NCBI GenBank assembly: GCA_013239625.1
Contig: MU054117.1
Coordinates: 3,338,677 to 3,402,676, forward strand
Direction of reading: 5' to 3'
DNA: 64,000 bases
Source of the DNA: Lama guanicoe
Lineage: Eukaryota
Position 1 is the stretch's first letter. The number at the start of each line of letters is the position of its first letter. Of this stretch, positions 11,097 to 23,445 are shown one piece after another. A model generated the notes under the pieces. The model saw only the letters and a program-made list of their open reading frames with translations, had not been told where the DNA came from and searched no databases. The position numbers and the translations under genes were made by a program.

Positions 11097-14000
11097 TGCC
11101 GTGATCAATGTTTTTCAGAATTGGATAATTTTATTGAGCAGTGCTGCTTCCAATTCAAATTGCCATTCAAGTTTAACCATGTCCTTTATGACTCTTGTGC
11201 TGTTACTGAGCATGTGTTGATCCTCATCTTCATAATGGGGAGAGAGTACCAGTGTGTGTCATTTTTGGAACAGATTTCAAACTTCAAGTCCGCTAAGCCT
11301 ACTGAACTATAGCTGCTCGTGATCTTACAGCAGCATTGTTGAGAACTGCAGTCGCTTGTCATCTCTGCCACCTGCACAGCACGTTGAAGACCCCGGTTCC
11401 CCTGAAATGTTGTTCGTAGGTGTTTGCAATTCGTTGCCTGCACGACCATCCCACTCCACTTCCGTTTTTAGCCAGCTCTTTCAGAATTGTTACAAACTAA
11501 ATTTAATCTACTCTTAATTACTTAAAGATGATGAGTTAGTACAGTTATTGACAGCCAAGCTCCTTTGTTTTGTCTTACTCTGCCTCTGTTGGCAGTTACT
11601 TAGTTTTTGTTGGATGCTGATCATCGTTCCGTTTGTTAATGAAGCAGGCAAAGTGAACATGGGAGCATCTGTAAACTTGTATAAAGCTATATGCGGTTGT
11701 TACGTTCCTGCGATATTTGTTTTCTGGGAATAGGATTGATTCATTGGGAGAGACAGCAACTCAGACTGATCTGTATCTAGACAAAAGTACAACGAGGACT
11801 GGATGTTTTACATTTCTGTCCCCAAACCATCGAGTGAAAGTCTCCATATTACTAGCCCTGGAGATCTGTGTTTTCACGTGGATTAATTGGTGTGGAGGGG
11901 TTAGAAAGAAGCCGCATTCGTGGCTGAACATGAGGAGCGTACACTCCACTTCCGTGCACACCAAAGCACGTGCATTTTGAAAACCTGCCCCAGATGTACA
12001 CTGATTTCCCATGACTCGTCTCTCGTGGCAAAACGAGTACTTATCCACTGAATTTGAATTCTTTAAAAGGATGTGATCGGGAAATTGAGCTTCCTGTATG
12101 ATTTTTCTAAAGAAATGCCTCAGAGTATCAACCAGAACTAACAAAATAAAATGTCTTTTTAAGTAAAGGATAGCGTGATAATCTACAAGATGAACGCTGC
12201 ATATTTGCAGGACTATAAATGGCTGGTCATGAGACTTGCCTTGGCATCAGCGTTTGGATGCTGGCAGAGCCGGGTGTCTGTTCTGGAAACGAATCGCACT
12301 GCAGATTTTTAAAATGAGCGGAGTTATTCCTGACTCCTTCGAAATGCACTCCTCTGACCTTTCCGCTTCCTCCACCTCCCTAACCTGGTGCAGCCACCTG
12401 CTCTTCTTTCCCACTTTCAGAACAAACTAACTTTAAACAGTTGCTTCAAGGAGTCACACAAACCTCCTGATAAAGCTGATAAAAGCTGTAAAGCTAAATG
12501 TTTATGTACATTTTTGGAAAAAAAAATCCATTTCTGGATTCCTACTCTATAATGTTTATAAAGTCATTTGAAAGCAAAAAAAAAAAAAAAAGCCCTGCAG
12601 AATGCCAGTGTTTGTTACTAGTGCAGTAACGTCAGTGGCCATCTCTGCTGACTTAAAGGACACCTTCTACTGTGTTACAGCTGTTTTTTCTCCTTTTGCT
12701 GAAAATGGTTTGAACAGTGGAGGGTGGCCTCTGCTTTCATACCCATTTCACGTGATTCTGAATGAGTTTTGGAGCATAAGGCATCTTCTATTGACATTAA
12801 CCTCGAGAATGGTAATACTGCAAGCCAGTGGCACGTAGTTCTGTGAAGTTTCATTTAGTTGTCGTGTATTTTTTTAAGCCAGTACATCCACATGTTTAGA
12901 AACAGAACAATTCTCCCAGGTGTTCCTGTCCTGACACCCCGCAGGTGACCACACTGATAGTTTCCTGTGTGTCCTTTCAGTGTCTCTGTGCAAATCCAAA
13001 TGTTCATTGTGTCGTACTTTTTCTAAAAAGCTAGGATTCTGCACCTTGCTTTTTCTCCTGAGTAAGTCTTGGTGATCTTTCTCTGCCTTTTCAAAAATCA
13101 TTCTTTCCAGGAGACACGGTTACATAGAATTCCACTAGGTATATATTCCACTGGTGATTTGTTAAAGTAACCAGTTCCTGTTGAAGGGCATTTAGGTTAT
13201 TTACCATCTTTTGTTAGAAATACACTGTAACAAATGTTCTTTTAAATATAGGTGAATGCAGACATTTCCCCTAATAGGGCTGCTGGGTCAAAGGGTAAAC
13301 AGACTTGTCATTTTGATAGCTATTTCCAGATGACCTTCCATCCAAGAGGACGTGCACGGAGCTTCTGTTACTTCCCAGGGTTTCCTCCAGCTTCCAGGCG
13401 TGTTAGGGAGATACCGCCTCTGGCTGTGCCTTTAAGGAGCTGGACCCAGGGTAGCCGCACAAGTGTGAGTGTGAGCTGGTGCCCAGATGAGAACTCACGG
13501 CCGCGGTGCCGGTAAAACGGGAGCGCGGAGCTGGGGTGCTTAGTTGGGATGGGTGGACACGGAGTGGGGCCGGGAGGGAAGGCTACCTCCGGAGCAGGGT
13601 GGCTGTGTTGGGTGTTCAGGAAGGAGAAGGTGCTGGCCAGGTGTCCAGGCTGTGTCACAGCGAGCCCTGCAGGGACCCTGGGACACGCTCACGTTGAGAA
13701 GCACCGCTCTAGGTGACGGTGACCGATGGCCGTTCTTGTGAACAAGGGGCGAGGTTCCAGGCAGAGGCCTGAGTTTGTGGTTCTGGCCTAGAGGTCTGAC
13801 GACGTTCCTTTCCGGATCTGAGCGAATCAGTCCCGTGTGAGATTTCCTTTCTTTTTAGACTTGTGCTTCACGTCAAAACAAAGCAGGAGAGAGGAGCCTT
13901 TCATAGCAATCAGGGAAACAAACCAAAACCAAGGCGAGGTGAACTGTTTGGGTTCCAAAACCTTAACGCTCCTGAGTGATGGTGAGGCTGTGCACCCTGT

Positions 14001-14099
14001 GGCGTGGTGCTAATTGGTACGACCTCTTCGGCATCAGCTGATCAGGCCGAATATTTGCGCACCCTCTGGCCTAGAGGTTCTAGTGCCAGGTATCCGTCA

Positions 14100-14482
14100 C
14101 TAGGCACGATCAGCAAACCTTTAGTTCAGGGATCAGAGAGCTTGGGCTCTGTAGGCCAGACAGTCCGTCTGAGCAGCTCCATTCCACCACTACAGTGTGA
14201 AAATAGTCGTGAACAATAATTAGACGTAGGGTGTGCCTATTCCAAGAAAACTTGGCTTACAAAGAGTTGTTTACCAGTTCTCCAGTGGATCTCAAGCACT
14301 CATGTGCACCAGCATCACTTGGCGGGGTTATTAAGACCCAGATCGCTGGGCCCTCACCTCGGAGTCTTCTAGTTCAGTGTGTCTAGGGGCAGGTGGGGCC
14401 TGAGACTCCGCATTTCCAACAAGTTTCCAGGCAGTGCCAGTGGTGCCAGGCCGAGGACCAGGCTTTGAGAACCCCTGCTCTA
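14100..14482. mobile_element. hAT-Charlie MITE remnants (MER58-like ~14100-14270; MER5A-like ~14283-14482)
   Basis: MER5A-like CAGATCGCTGGGCCC...GGTGGGGCCTGAGACTCCGCATTTCCAACAAGTTTCCAGG...CTTTGAGAACCCCTG, and MER58-like CAGCAAAC...CTGTAGGCCAGACAGTC...GTGTGCCTATTCCAAGAAAACTT. Confidence 0.55.
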
Positions 14483-16089
14483 GGGATTTGCCTTCGTTCT
14501 GTACAGACATGTTCATGGCAGCATGGCCCAAACTGGAAACGTGCGAAGTGTCTGTCAGCAGTGGAACATGTAACACATCGTGGTAAATTCTAACAGCGGA
14601 GTTTACACAGTAACAAGAATGCAAGTACAGCTACTCTCAACACTGATGTATCTCACAAAATGTCAAACAAAAGAAGCAACACAGAAAACCACATGTGGCA
14701 AGAAGCAGTTCATTACCAAGTTCAACAGCAGGCAGTCCCCTGCACTGTACACTGGTAGGGAAGCTCTGGGGGAAGGCAGGCACCCGACCAGGCCAACGTC
14801 CTGCTAGTGGACCCACTGGGAAGGGAGGACACTTATGGAAGGGATGGGTCCAGGGTCCCCTGGGGAAGGAGGACGTTGTGATGGAAGCAGATGGGTCCAG
14901 GAGGCTGGCAGTGATCTGTTAACTTGGGTGGTGGTACGTGACTGCTGGCTTTGTCATTATACTGTGTATTGTTTATTTCACAATTTTTAAAAGATTTAAA
15001 ATGCAGTAAGCTAAATCTTTGATATCTATACAGTTTGTCCGAAAATGACTTACAGATGTAACCATTTAGTGCTTCCTAAAAGCTAGGCGGTGTTCTAAAT
15101 CTTTACCTGTATTCCCTCTATTACCACGAGAGTCCTGTGAGGTAGGGATTGTTATTGTCCCCATTTTACAGACGAGGAAACTGAGACCCTTGAGTTTAAC
15201 TCAGCTGGTGACTACAGAGCCAGAGCAGTTTTGTTCCGGAGCCTGACACAGGGCAGCGGGGTTTCCTGTTGAGGTTTTCACCTCTCGTCCACATGGAAGG
15301 GCAGAGGTGTGGGCTGCAGACTTTTGGTTACAAATGAGGAAACAACTTAATCTGAAGAAACCTATGTAGTGTTTTTCCCCACCACGTCCAGTTCTCTGTC
15401 CAGGATACACGCGGTGCAGGGGCCGCGTTCTCCAGCATCCTCGTGTCCAGTGCCTGACCCTGTGCTCAGCACGTGAAAAGAGCTCAGAAGCTGCTACGGG
15501 ATTCTCCCTGATAGCTTTTTCTGTATTTGACTGGAGGTGTGCTCTGTTGTCCCATCTTGTCCAGGTGCCCTACCCCTCCTCCAGCCTCAGTTCAGTTATT
15601 TTGTGACAGTTTCTAGTCCCGTCACTGTCCTGGTTGCTGCAGAACGGGTTTGGGTTGGTTTTCTGATCCCTCGGGGTGGGCTGCAGCTAGTGCTCAGCAT
15701 TGCAGGGTGGCGCAGGGTGAGCAGCTCGGGACTGGAAGGCGGGGCCGGGTCTGTCGGTCTGCGCGACCCTTGCCCTCTGCTCACCCTGCCTTGCGCTGGG
15801 TCACTCAGCCCAGTGGCAGACGGCCCGCTGTCATGTTTCGGTCCTGCTGCGTGTGAACGTGGTTTTGGCCAACCTGTTTATTTTAAGAAGATTATTTAAC
15901 AAAAATTATATATTCATGTCATTTTATAATAGCATTTTCTATCCTCAGTTCATTTAAGGTTGATCTATATATGTATTTTAATTTGGGGCAGTTTGAAGTT
16001 TTTAGCTCATCAATTAGGTGCGTAGATGATTACAGATATTAGTTTAGAATATATTTTATTTTTTCATATTTTATTTAAATATATCTGTT

Positions 16090-16290
16090 TATTTGTTAAT
16101 TGAAGTGTAGTCAATTTCCAGTGTTAGTTTCAGATATACAGCAAAGAGATTCAGTTACACATATACATACATATTTTTTTTCAATTTCTTTTCCAATATG
16201 TGTCATTACAAGAAATTGAATATAGTTCCCTGTGCTCGACAGCAGGACTCTGTTGTTTATCTGTTTTATGTGTACTACCATGTAACTGAG
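16090..16290 (-). mobile_element. L1 3'-end fragment
   Basis: TTGAAGTGTAGTCAATTT...GTGTTAGTTTCAGATATACAGCAAAG...TTGAATATAGTTCCCTGTGCT. Same family as the copy at 46555-47035. Confidence 0.6.
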
Positions 16291-16418
16291 AATACGTTTT
16301 ATTTTTATAGGTTAGATTGTGCTGTCTTTACAAATATCATTACTTTTCATTGCTGATTTTTTTTCTTATTTCAAAAATAACATAATTCGGTAATAAAGGC
16401 TTTTCCCATCTATTTCAG

Positions 16419-16456
16419 TGGAGAAACAAGATTTAACAGGGAGAAAATAATTCAAG
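16419..16456 (+). CDS. TIGAR: TIGAR exon 2
   Basis: tttcag|T GGA GAA ACA AGA TTT AAC AGG GAG AAA ATA ATT CAA G|gttggt gives (H)GETRFNREKIIQ(G) and completes the RHG catalytic motif. 38 nt. Confidence 0.95.
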
Positions 16457-19040
16457 GTTGGTATTCTCTGACTGTTACTTCAGCCCTCTCCTTTTGCGTT
16501 AATGTGAAATGTGGGTTAATCAGATTTGGTGGGGTCGGGTGGACCGGGGGCAGCTCTGTACTGTGAACTGGGATTACGGAATTAAAGCATCTTAGTCACA
16601 GAAATAGGATCAGAGCAGATGGTAACCAAGAGGAGTAAGTCTCTCGAGTGAACTGGGTGTAAAAAAGCCTGTTCCAAGTCATGTATGGGCAGCTTCAAAG
16701 TGGCCCAGTCAGCTGATGAAAGAGTTATATTGGGTCTAGTTGTCTTAAAATATATCTGCCCAGATTTAAAAATGATTTCATATTTGGAAACAAAGTTTGC
16801 TGGCTGGTGTTAATGGCGTTTTTCTGCTAAGATAGCTTATTATTTTTAGTAGTAACGAATAAGTGGTTTAAAAAGAGGACTCCTCACATGGGAGGATTGT
16901 TGCTTGAACAGATTCTTCCTCCCTTGTTCCGTTAATTTGGGTTCAGATCTTTTAATCTCGCTGTGACCCAGCTGGTCCGGCTTTTATAAAGAACGTCTTG
17001 GGTGAGCTTTCAGCTAGACATGCTGTTTCTGAAGCTGGATTATACAAGCATGTATTTAATTTGATATGACTTGGTTAGGGGCGGCTGGGGTTGCAGAAAC
17101 TGCTTTTCACGCTTCGTGTGCCTGACTCCCTCTCCTGGAAACCAGTCCGATAATTAAAAGAACCTCTGTTTTCCACTGAGATGGGCCCCACTCAAAGCAT
17201 CCTCTGAACTCACATCCCTAACACCTTGTCTGTGGGTCCTGCTGATCTGTTTCATTTCATTCCAAGCTGACAGTTGAACATGAATTAAAGTTTTTGTGTT
17301 CACATCCATTTTTTGGGTTTGTTTTGTGTTCTTTCCCTAACTTTGTAAGTTAGATGCTTAATTCTTTAAGTTAGAGCCTCCTTTTTTAAAAAAGAAAGAA
17401 AGTCTTCGAGCCTTATGTGTGTCTAAGTGCCATTTTGTTGCACACCTACAGTTCTGATTTGTAGTGATCTCATAAGTATCGAGCACCAAGTATCTTAAAT
17501 TTCCTTTATGATTTTGTCATTGACTCCTGAGTTGCTTAGAACGGGCTTTTAAATTTCCGAATGAGGGGCCTTTTGGTTTTGTGCTTCGTCTTCTCTGACC
17601 GACTTAGGAAGCAGTTGCTTTGTGTTCTGACAGTATGGTTTATTTGATGACACGTCTTTGAAATTCGTTAGCATGGTCAGTTTTTATAAATCTACCACTG
17701 TACGCTTGAGAAAAGTCTATGTTGTCTCCTGGTTGGGTTTGGAGTTATATATCAAATAATCAACCGTGATTTTGTTGTTCAGATCTTCTGTACTTCACTC
17801 ATTCTGTACATTTACTCATTTGCCTGAATGACCTAGGTGTCCATTTGTGAGTGAGAGATGTTGAGTTCCCCATTGTGATGGCCAGCTCATCCTTTTAATA
17901 CGTGAAATTCTGTCACCTTGTGCTTTATGTGTTCGCTTTTGCATAGTTAGAGGCTATTTTGTTAGGCACATGCAAGTTTAAAAATTGCTGTATCTTCCTG
18001 CTGAATTGGATCGCTGATTATTCACAGTGATCTTCACACTCCTTCCCAAGACTCTTGTCATAAAGTCCTGCATTTCTGACAGTGATGTGGCTGCTTCGGC
18101 TTCAGCTTCAGCTGTGGGATTGGAATCTGCCTGTTACATATTTTCCCATCCCTTTCCTTTCATCCTTGCCATGTACTGATGTCCTCAGTGTTGCCTTATA
18201 AATGGTAGGTAGCTAATTTTGGTTCTTTTTTAAAAAATACATTCTTTCTGTTACTTGGTGAGACTGATCTGGCTTCTGGTGAGTTTGGACCTGTCCTTTG
18301 TGATTCTTTCCTCCGTTCTTTTTCTTCTCTCTTAGCTTGACTTCTTAAGTGCCTGTTTTCTCTTTTCTGTTTCCAGCCCACTCTCACTTTCCCTACTGCC
18401 TTGAAAGAAGCCGTTTCTGTTCTTTTAATGGTTACCTTTAGATTTTTACCATTCGTACCTACCTAAGTGTATGATAAATTCTCCCTCCCCAGAATACTAA
18501 GAAGTATGTGCTGTTTAGCGTCTCAGTCCTGTCCTCTTTTAACCACGCGACATAGGCATTATTATTTAATTCACTACTTAGACAGCGTTCACTTAGATTT
18601 ACGTGTGTATTTGCCAGTTTCTCTCCTAACCATTTCTTTTGTGTCTCAGACCTTCATTCCCGAAGCATCTCTTTGGAAAAGTCCTCTCATGTAAATTGGT
18701 TGGTGGTGAAGATAGTCTCAGTCGATTCGATTCTAGACAACTCTGTTTTTATTCTCTTGAATCTTTCTTGGTCCAGACAGTTCTAGGCGAGCAGTTCCCT
18801 TAGCTCTTGGAAGCTGTCCTCTGCTGGTTTTTTTGGCTTCCATTGTTCCTGTTCAGAAGTCTTCTCTCAGCTGAATGGTGTCCCATGGTGGGTAGTCTGT
18901 CTTTCTCTGTCTTCTTGTTTTATTTTGGTATTCTACAGTTTCTCTTACAAAATCTAGGACTTTTTTTGTCCCTAAATAATTTATTCTGCTTGGTGTACAC
19001 CATATTTCCTTCATCAGTAGATTTCTGTCTTCCCTCATTT

Positions 19041-19208
19041 CTGTTCTCCATACTTCCTGGTCTCCATTCCATACTTACTGTTCTCAATTCCATGCTTCCT
19101 GTTCTCTATTCCGTACTTCTTGGTCTCTGTTCCATACTTCCTGTTCTTTAGTCCATACTTCCTGTTCTCTGTTCCATACTTCCTGTTCTCTATTCCCTAC
19201 TTCCTGTT
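19041..19208. repeat. 21-bp minisatellite, 7 full units plus partials
   Basis: Consensus CCTGTTCTCTATTCCATACTT, repeated from 19056 to 19202 with 1-3 variants per unit. Confidence 0.85.
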
Positions 19209-20087
19209 TTTGATTTTCTCTCTTCCTGGAGCTCCCACTGGATGTAACTGGGAGTCCTCATTCTTTCCTCCGTGTCTCTAAGATCCGAGACGTGCTCCAT
19301 CTTCTGTCTGTGCCAGAAACAGCTTCGGCCCTGCCTTAGGGTTCAGTAAGCTGCTCGGCCAGTGAATCTCCCTTTCCACTGAGGGATTTCATTCTCGCCT
19401 CAGCTGTTCCATTTTTCTTTATCAGAAGGTCTGTTTGGTTCTTTAGAAAGCTACCTGGTTGTTTTTGATGGCTTCTTGTTGCCTATTTTTGTGATTTAGT
19501 TTATAGTCTCTGTTTTCTGATTTCCACGTCTGAAGCATCAGTGGTTCCAGACCTGTTGTTTGTTGTTTCTGCTGACTCTCATTCACGGTAGATTGTTTTC
19601 CTGTGTGTTGAGTCACTGACTCAACTGTTGTTTGCTCTAAATGACTGGAAGGCCTTTCGGCCTTTGTTGAGAGTGGTTTGCAGTACTGAACATTCCTGAG
19701 TTTGGGCAATGGAGATAAAGAAGAACTTTTCCATGTGATAATCCGACCACCCAGATGCAGCAGCTGAGCTGAGAACGTAAGGTCAGAGGCAGCGTTAATA
19801 AAACACACTGGTGAAGTGATGGGTGAGGGTGAGCGGGGACCTCGGGACAGTGTCACCAGCACCCGGTTCCCATCAGGCAGATATTCTTCTGAGCCTTTAT
19901 GGGATCATAGCTTAATTTTACTTGCTTTCAATTCTCTGAAAAGTTGTCTGCAGAAGTACCTAAGGAAATCTTTTAATAAAATAATAGATGAATGCTATTT
20001 GTATTCTCTTCCATATGACTTTTATTCGCATCCTTTGTATATACATGTGTATATTTGAATGCTACTTTTCCTTCTCAATGACCACAG

Positions 20088-20209
20088 GACAAGGAATAGA
20101 TGAGCCTCTTTCAGAAACTGGATTTAAACAAGCAGCTGCTGCTGGTATATTTCTTAATAACGTGAAGTTTACTCATGTTTTCTCCAGTGACCTCATGAGG
20201 ACAAAGCAG
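20088..20209 (+). CDS. TIGAR: TIGAR exon 3
   Basis: cacag|GA CAA...AAG CAG|gtaagt gives (G)[40 protein letters not shown]. 122 nt. Confidence 0.97.
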
Positions 20210-20879
20210 GTAAGTTTAGAGTCAAGATTTAAGCTCTCAACACTTGTAACCTTGAAATATTTGCTCCCAGAGTCTGTAGGGAATTAAATCATCTGCACAC
20301 ATCGTCCCCAGTCCCCTTCTCTCTGCCGACAGAACTTATTTCTTCTCTTTTCACTTTACTTTTATACTTTATTTTGGTAATTTTTAAACTAGAGTAGCCT
20401 GGGGAAAATGTCTAACGAAATCCTGAAAAAGGCAAAGAGGGTGTCGTGAGAAAGAGCCAGTGGAAACACCACAGAGATGTCAGATACTGGAATCCAGGTA
20501 CAGTTTAGCAAAGAACTGTGTTACTATAAAAACACGACAGACTTGCATGAAGTATCTTTAGGGCATAGATTACTATAAAAATGGCCCCAGAGATTTAAAG
20601 AAGAACCAGATCAACTTCTAAAAGCTCAGTGGAAGGAGACTTTTGTGACATCCATGAGGGAATAACAGGTTTGGAATGTAGCCCCCCCCCCCCCCCCAAA
20701 CAGCTAGAAAACGGGACAAAATGTGCGCAGCTGTTTTCAGACGTTGGTCTTGAGGCGGCGTGGGCTGCCGTCCCCAAGCAAGGTGAGCCCTCGGTTGTCC
20801 TGGTTTTCCGGCCGAGGCAGTCCCCCGACTGGTAGAAGCCAGAGAGAACCCAGCAGTCTCAGTGAATTCGGGGGGCAAA

Positions 20880-23318
20880 GCTTTATCATGTAATGTTTCT
20901 TGTCTTTTATTACAGCCTTTGTTTTAAAACCTGCTTTGTCTGATCTGCGTGTAGCCACTCCAGCTTTTTTTCCATTTCCATCTGCATGCAGAATCTTTCT
21001 CCACCTTTTTGCAGTCTGTGTGTGTCCTTTCTTCGGAAGCGAGCCCCTTGCGGGCCGCCCGTGCGTGGGTCTTGGTTTTTCCGTGTACTCGGCCCCTCTG
21101 CGTCTGTTCGGCGCACCGAGTCCCTCTGCGTGTGGAGTCGCTGTCCGTAGGTGCGGACTTAGTGCCACTTTGCTCGTTGTTTTCCGGCTGTTTCTGCAGG
21201 TTCTCTTTGTTCCTTCCTTCCCTCTTTCTCTCCCCTTGTGGTTTGGTGGTTTTCTTTAGCATTGTGTGTAGACTCCTCTCTCATTCTCCATTGTGTCATT
21301 AGTGTAAGTTTTTCTGGGTGGTTGCTGTGAAGTTCACACGTGGCGCCCTGTGTAAGTAGCAGCCAGCTTTAAAGCTGGTAGCAGCTTAAATCTGAACACA
21401 TTCCACAGCTTTTCTTTCTCCCTCTCCCCATGTGTTTATACCGCTTCTGACACATTTTACAGCTTTTTTGTTTTATGGATCTCCAAACTAATTATTGTAA
21501 TTTTATGGCTTTCTGTCTTTCAGCGTCTTCATCTTCGTTTTATAAGTGATCAATCCACTACCTTTGTTACATATTTACCATTTCCGGTGAGATTTTTACT
21601 TTCAAATGTTTCCTTATTTATTAGTACCATTTCTCTCCAGCTCGGAGAGGCCCCTTTCACGTTCCCTGCAGGGCTTGTTAGGGGGCGATGGCCTCGTTCA
21701 GCCTGTTTATCTGGGGGGTCCTTGGTCTCTCTGTCAGTTCTGAGAGATACCCTTGCTGGGTGCAGAATTCCCAGCGCCCTGAGTATGTCCTGCCCCCACC
21801 CTGGCCTGTAGCGTTTATGCTGGAAAATCTGCTGAGAGCCTTACAGGGTTTTCCTTGCGTGTAACAGATGTTTTTCTCCTGCTGCTTTTTGGGGTTCTCT
21901 CTGTATCCTTGACGTCTACCTTTCTAATTGTCACACGTCTTGGCGTGCGTCTCTTTGGACTTTCCTTTTTTGGAAGGAGTCCCTGGGCTTCCTGCACCGG
22001 GATGTCTGCTCCCTCCCCTACATGAGGAGAAGTCTTAGCCAGTATTTCTCTAAAAAATTTTCTGACCACCTCTCTCTTCTCCTGAGACCCCTGCAACGCA
22101 TGTGTCAATGCACTTGATGTTGTCTCGGGGGTCCCTTAAGGTATTTGCACTTTTAAAAATTCTTCATTTCGCTGCTGTTTGGTTTTCCAGGTCGCTGACC
22201 TCTTCTGCCTCATCCCGTCTTCTTTTGAGCGCCTCTGGCGTGTTTTCCGGTTCAGCTATAACTCCTGTTCGGTGCTCTCTTCCATTCGCCTTCCCTTTGC
22301 TGGAGTTCTCGCTGTGTTCATTTGTTGTTCTCTCGAGCTCAGGGAGCGTCCCTGTGACCGTTGCTGTGAGCTCTTTAGCAGGTAGATTGCTCATCTCCAT
22401 TTGGCTTAGTTCTTTTTCTGAGGTTTTATCTTTTTTTTTTTGATTGGAACATGCTTTTCTGTCTCCTCGTTTTGACTGATCTCTGTGTTTGTTTCTGTGT
22501 GTTAGACACATCAGCTGTCTCTCCCAGTCCTGCAGGAGTGGTGCATGTAGGCAGTGTCCTGTAGGGCTCAGAAGCACGGCCCGTCTGGCCACCAGTGCGA
22601 GGCAGTCCAGGGACGGCCCTGTGCGGGCTGCGCGCACCCTCCAGGTGTGCTGGGCCACGGCTGCCGCGGGTGCTGATGGCAGGGCTCTCAGCCGGGCTGA
22701 CAGCTTGGGTTGGGAATTCCAGAGTGGCGCCCACCAGGGTTGGCGTTGGCAGGGTAGCCCGAGGTCACACAAATGGCTCCCAACAGTGACTCAGTCCCTG
22801 GGGGTTGTCCCAGCTGGCTCCTGCCCCTCTGGCAGATGCTTCAAGATTAGTAAGTGGGTTTCCTTCACGTGTGGTCCATGTGGTTTTTGGATTGAGTGAG
22901 TTTGTGAACTGGCCGTTTCAGAGCAGATTTTTGGTTCCGCGCACCTCTGCAGTTTTCCGGGACTTGTTCCCTGTTGGTTCAAAGCCAGAGGTTTGGGCGG
23001 CTCCTCTCTCCTGTGCAGTGGTTGGGGTGCCTGGCATGGAACTCGAATCCCTGGCTCCTCCGGCAGGGGGTGCCCGCTGACCCCTCCCCGTTGTGGCCTG
23101 CTGTCCCGGATGTGGGCTTTCCTTGGTGAGCGCCTTCTGCCCTCCTCTCTGCCCCTCCTGTCCGACTCCGTGCTGTGGTTTTACCCCTTGTTGGGGAGGC
23201 TCTGTCCATCCAGTTTTCACGTCCCTTTCCAAGGACATCATCCCATGTGTAGTTGTAGCTGTGTTGTCCCTGCGAGGAGGCGAGTTCAGGACCCTCTGCC
23301 ACCGTCCGGAACCCTCCC
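20880..23318 (-). mobile_element. LINE-1 5' portion (5'UTR, disrupted ORF1, start of ORF2 endonuclease), antisense in TIGAR intron 3
   Basis: Minus-strand ORF fragments read as ORF1-like (EKELSQMEMSNLPAKE; IPVQEAQ...SPKRRTPRRVTI...PVRLSADF) and endonuclease-like (WRKILHADGNGKKAGVA...SDKAGFKTKAVIKDKKHYMIK). The L1-type 5' end is near 23318. Confidence 0.85.
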
Positions 23319-23367
23319 GGAAGGATGGTTTTTATGAGAGAAGGAACAGTTCTCTTTTGATTTGCAG

Positions 23368-23445
23368 ACCGTGCATGGGATTTTGGAGAAGAGCAGATTT
23401 TGCAAAGATATGACAGTAAAATATGACTCAAGACTGCGGGAGAGG
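23368..23445 (+). CDS. TIGAR: TIGAR exon 4
   Basis: ttgcag|ACC GTG CAT...CTG CGG GAG AGG|gtaagt gives [26 protein letters not shown], including catalytic Glu89. 78 nt. Confidence 0.97.

Noticed and set aside
19041..19208. CRISPR-like array
   Set aside because: Head-to-tail units with no unique spacers, in a eukaryotic intron. It is a minisatellite.
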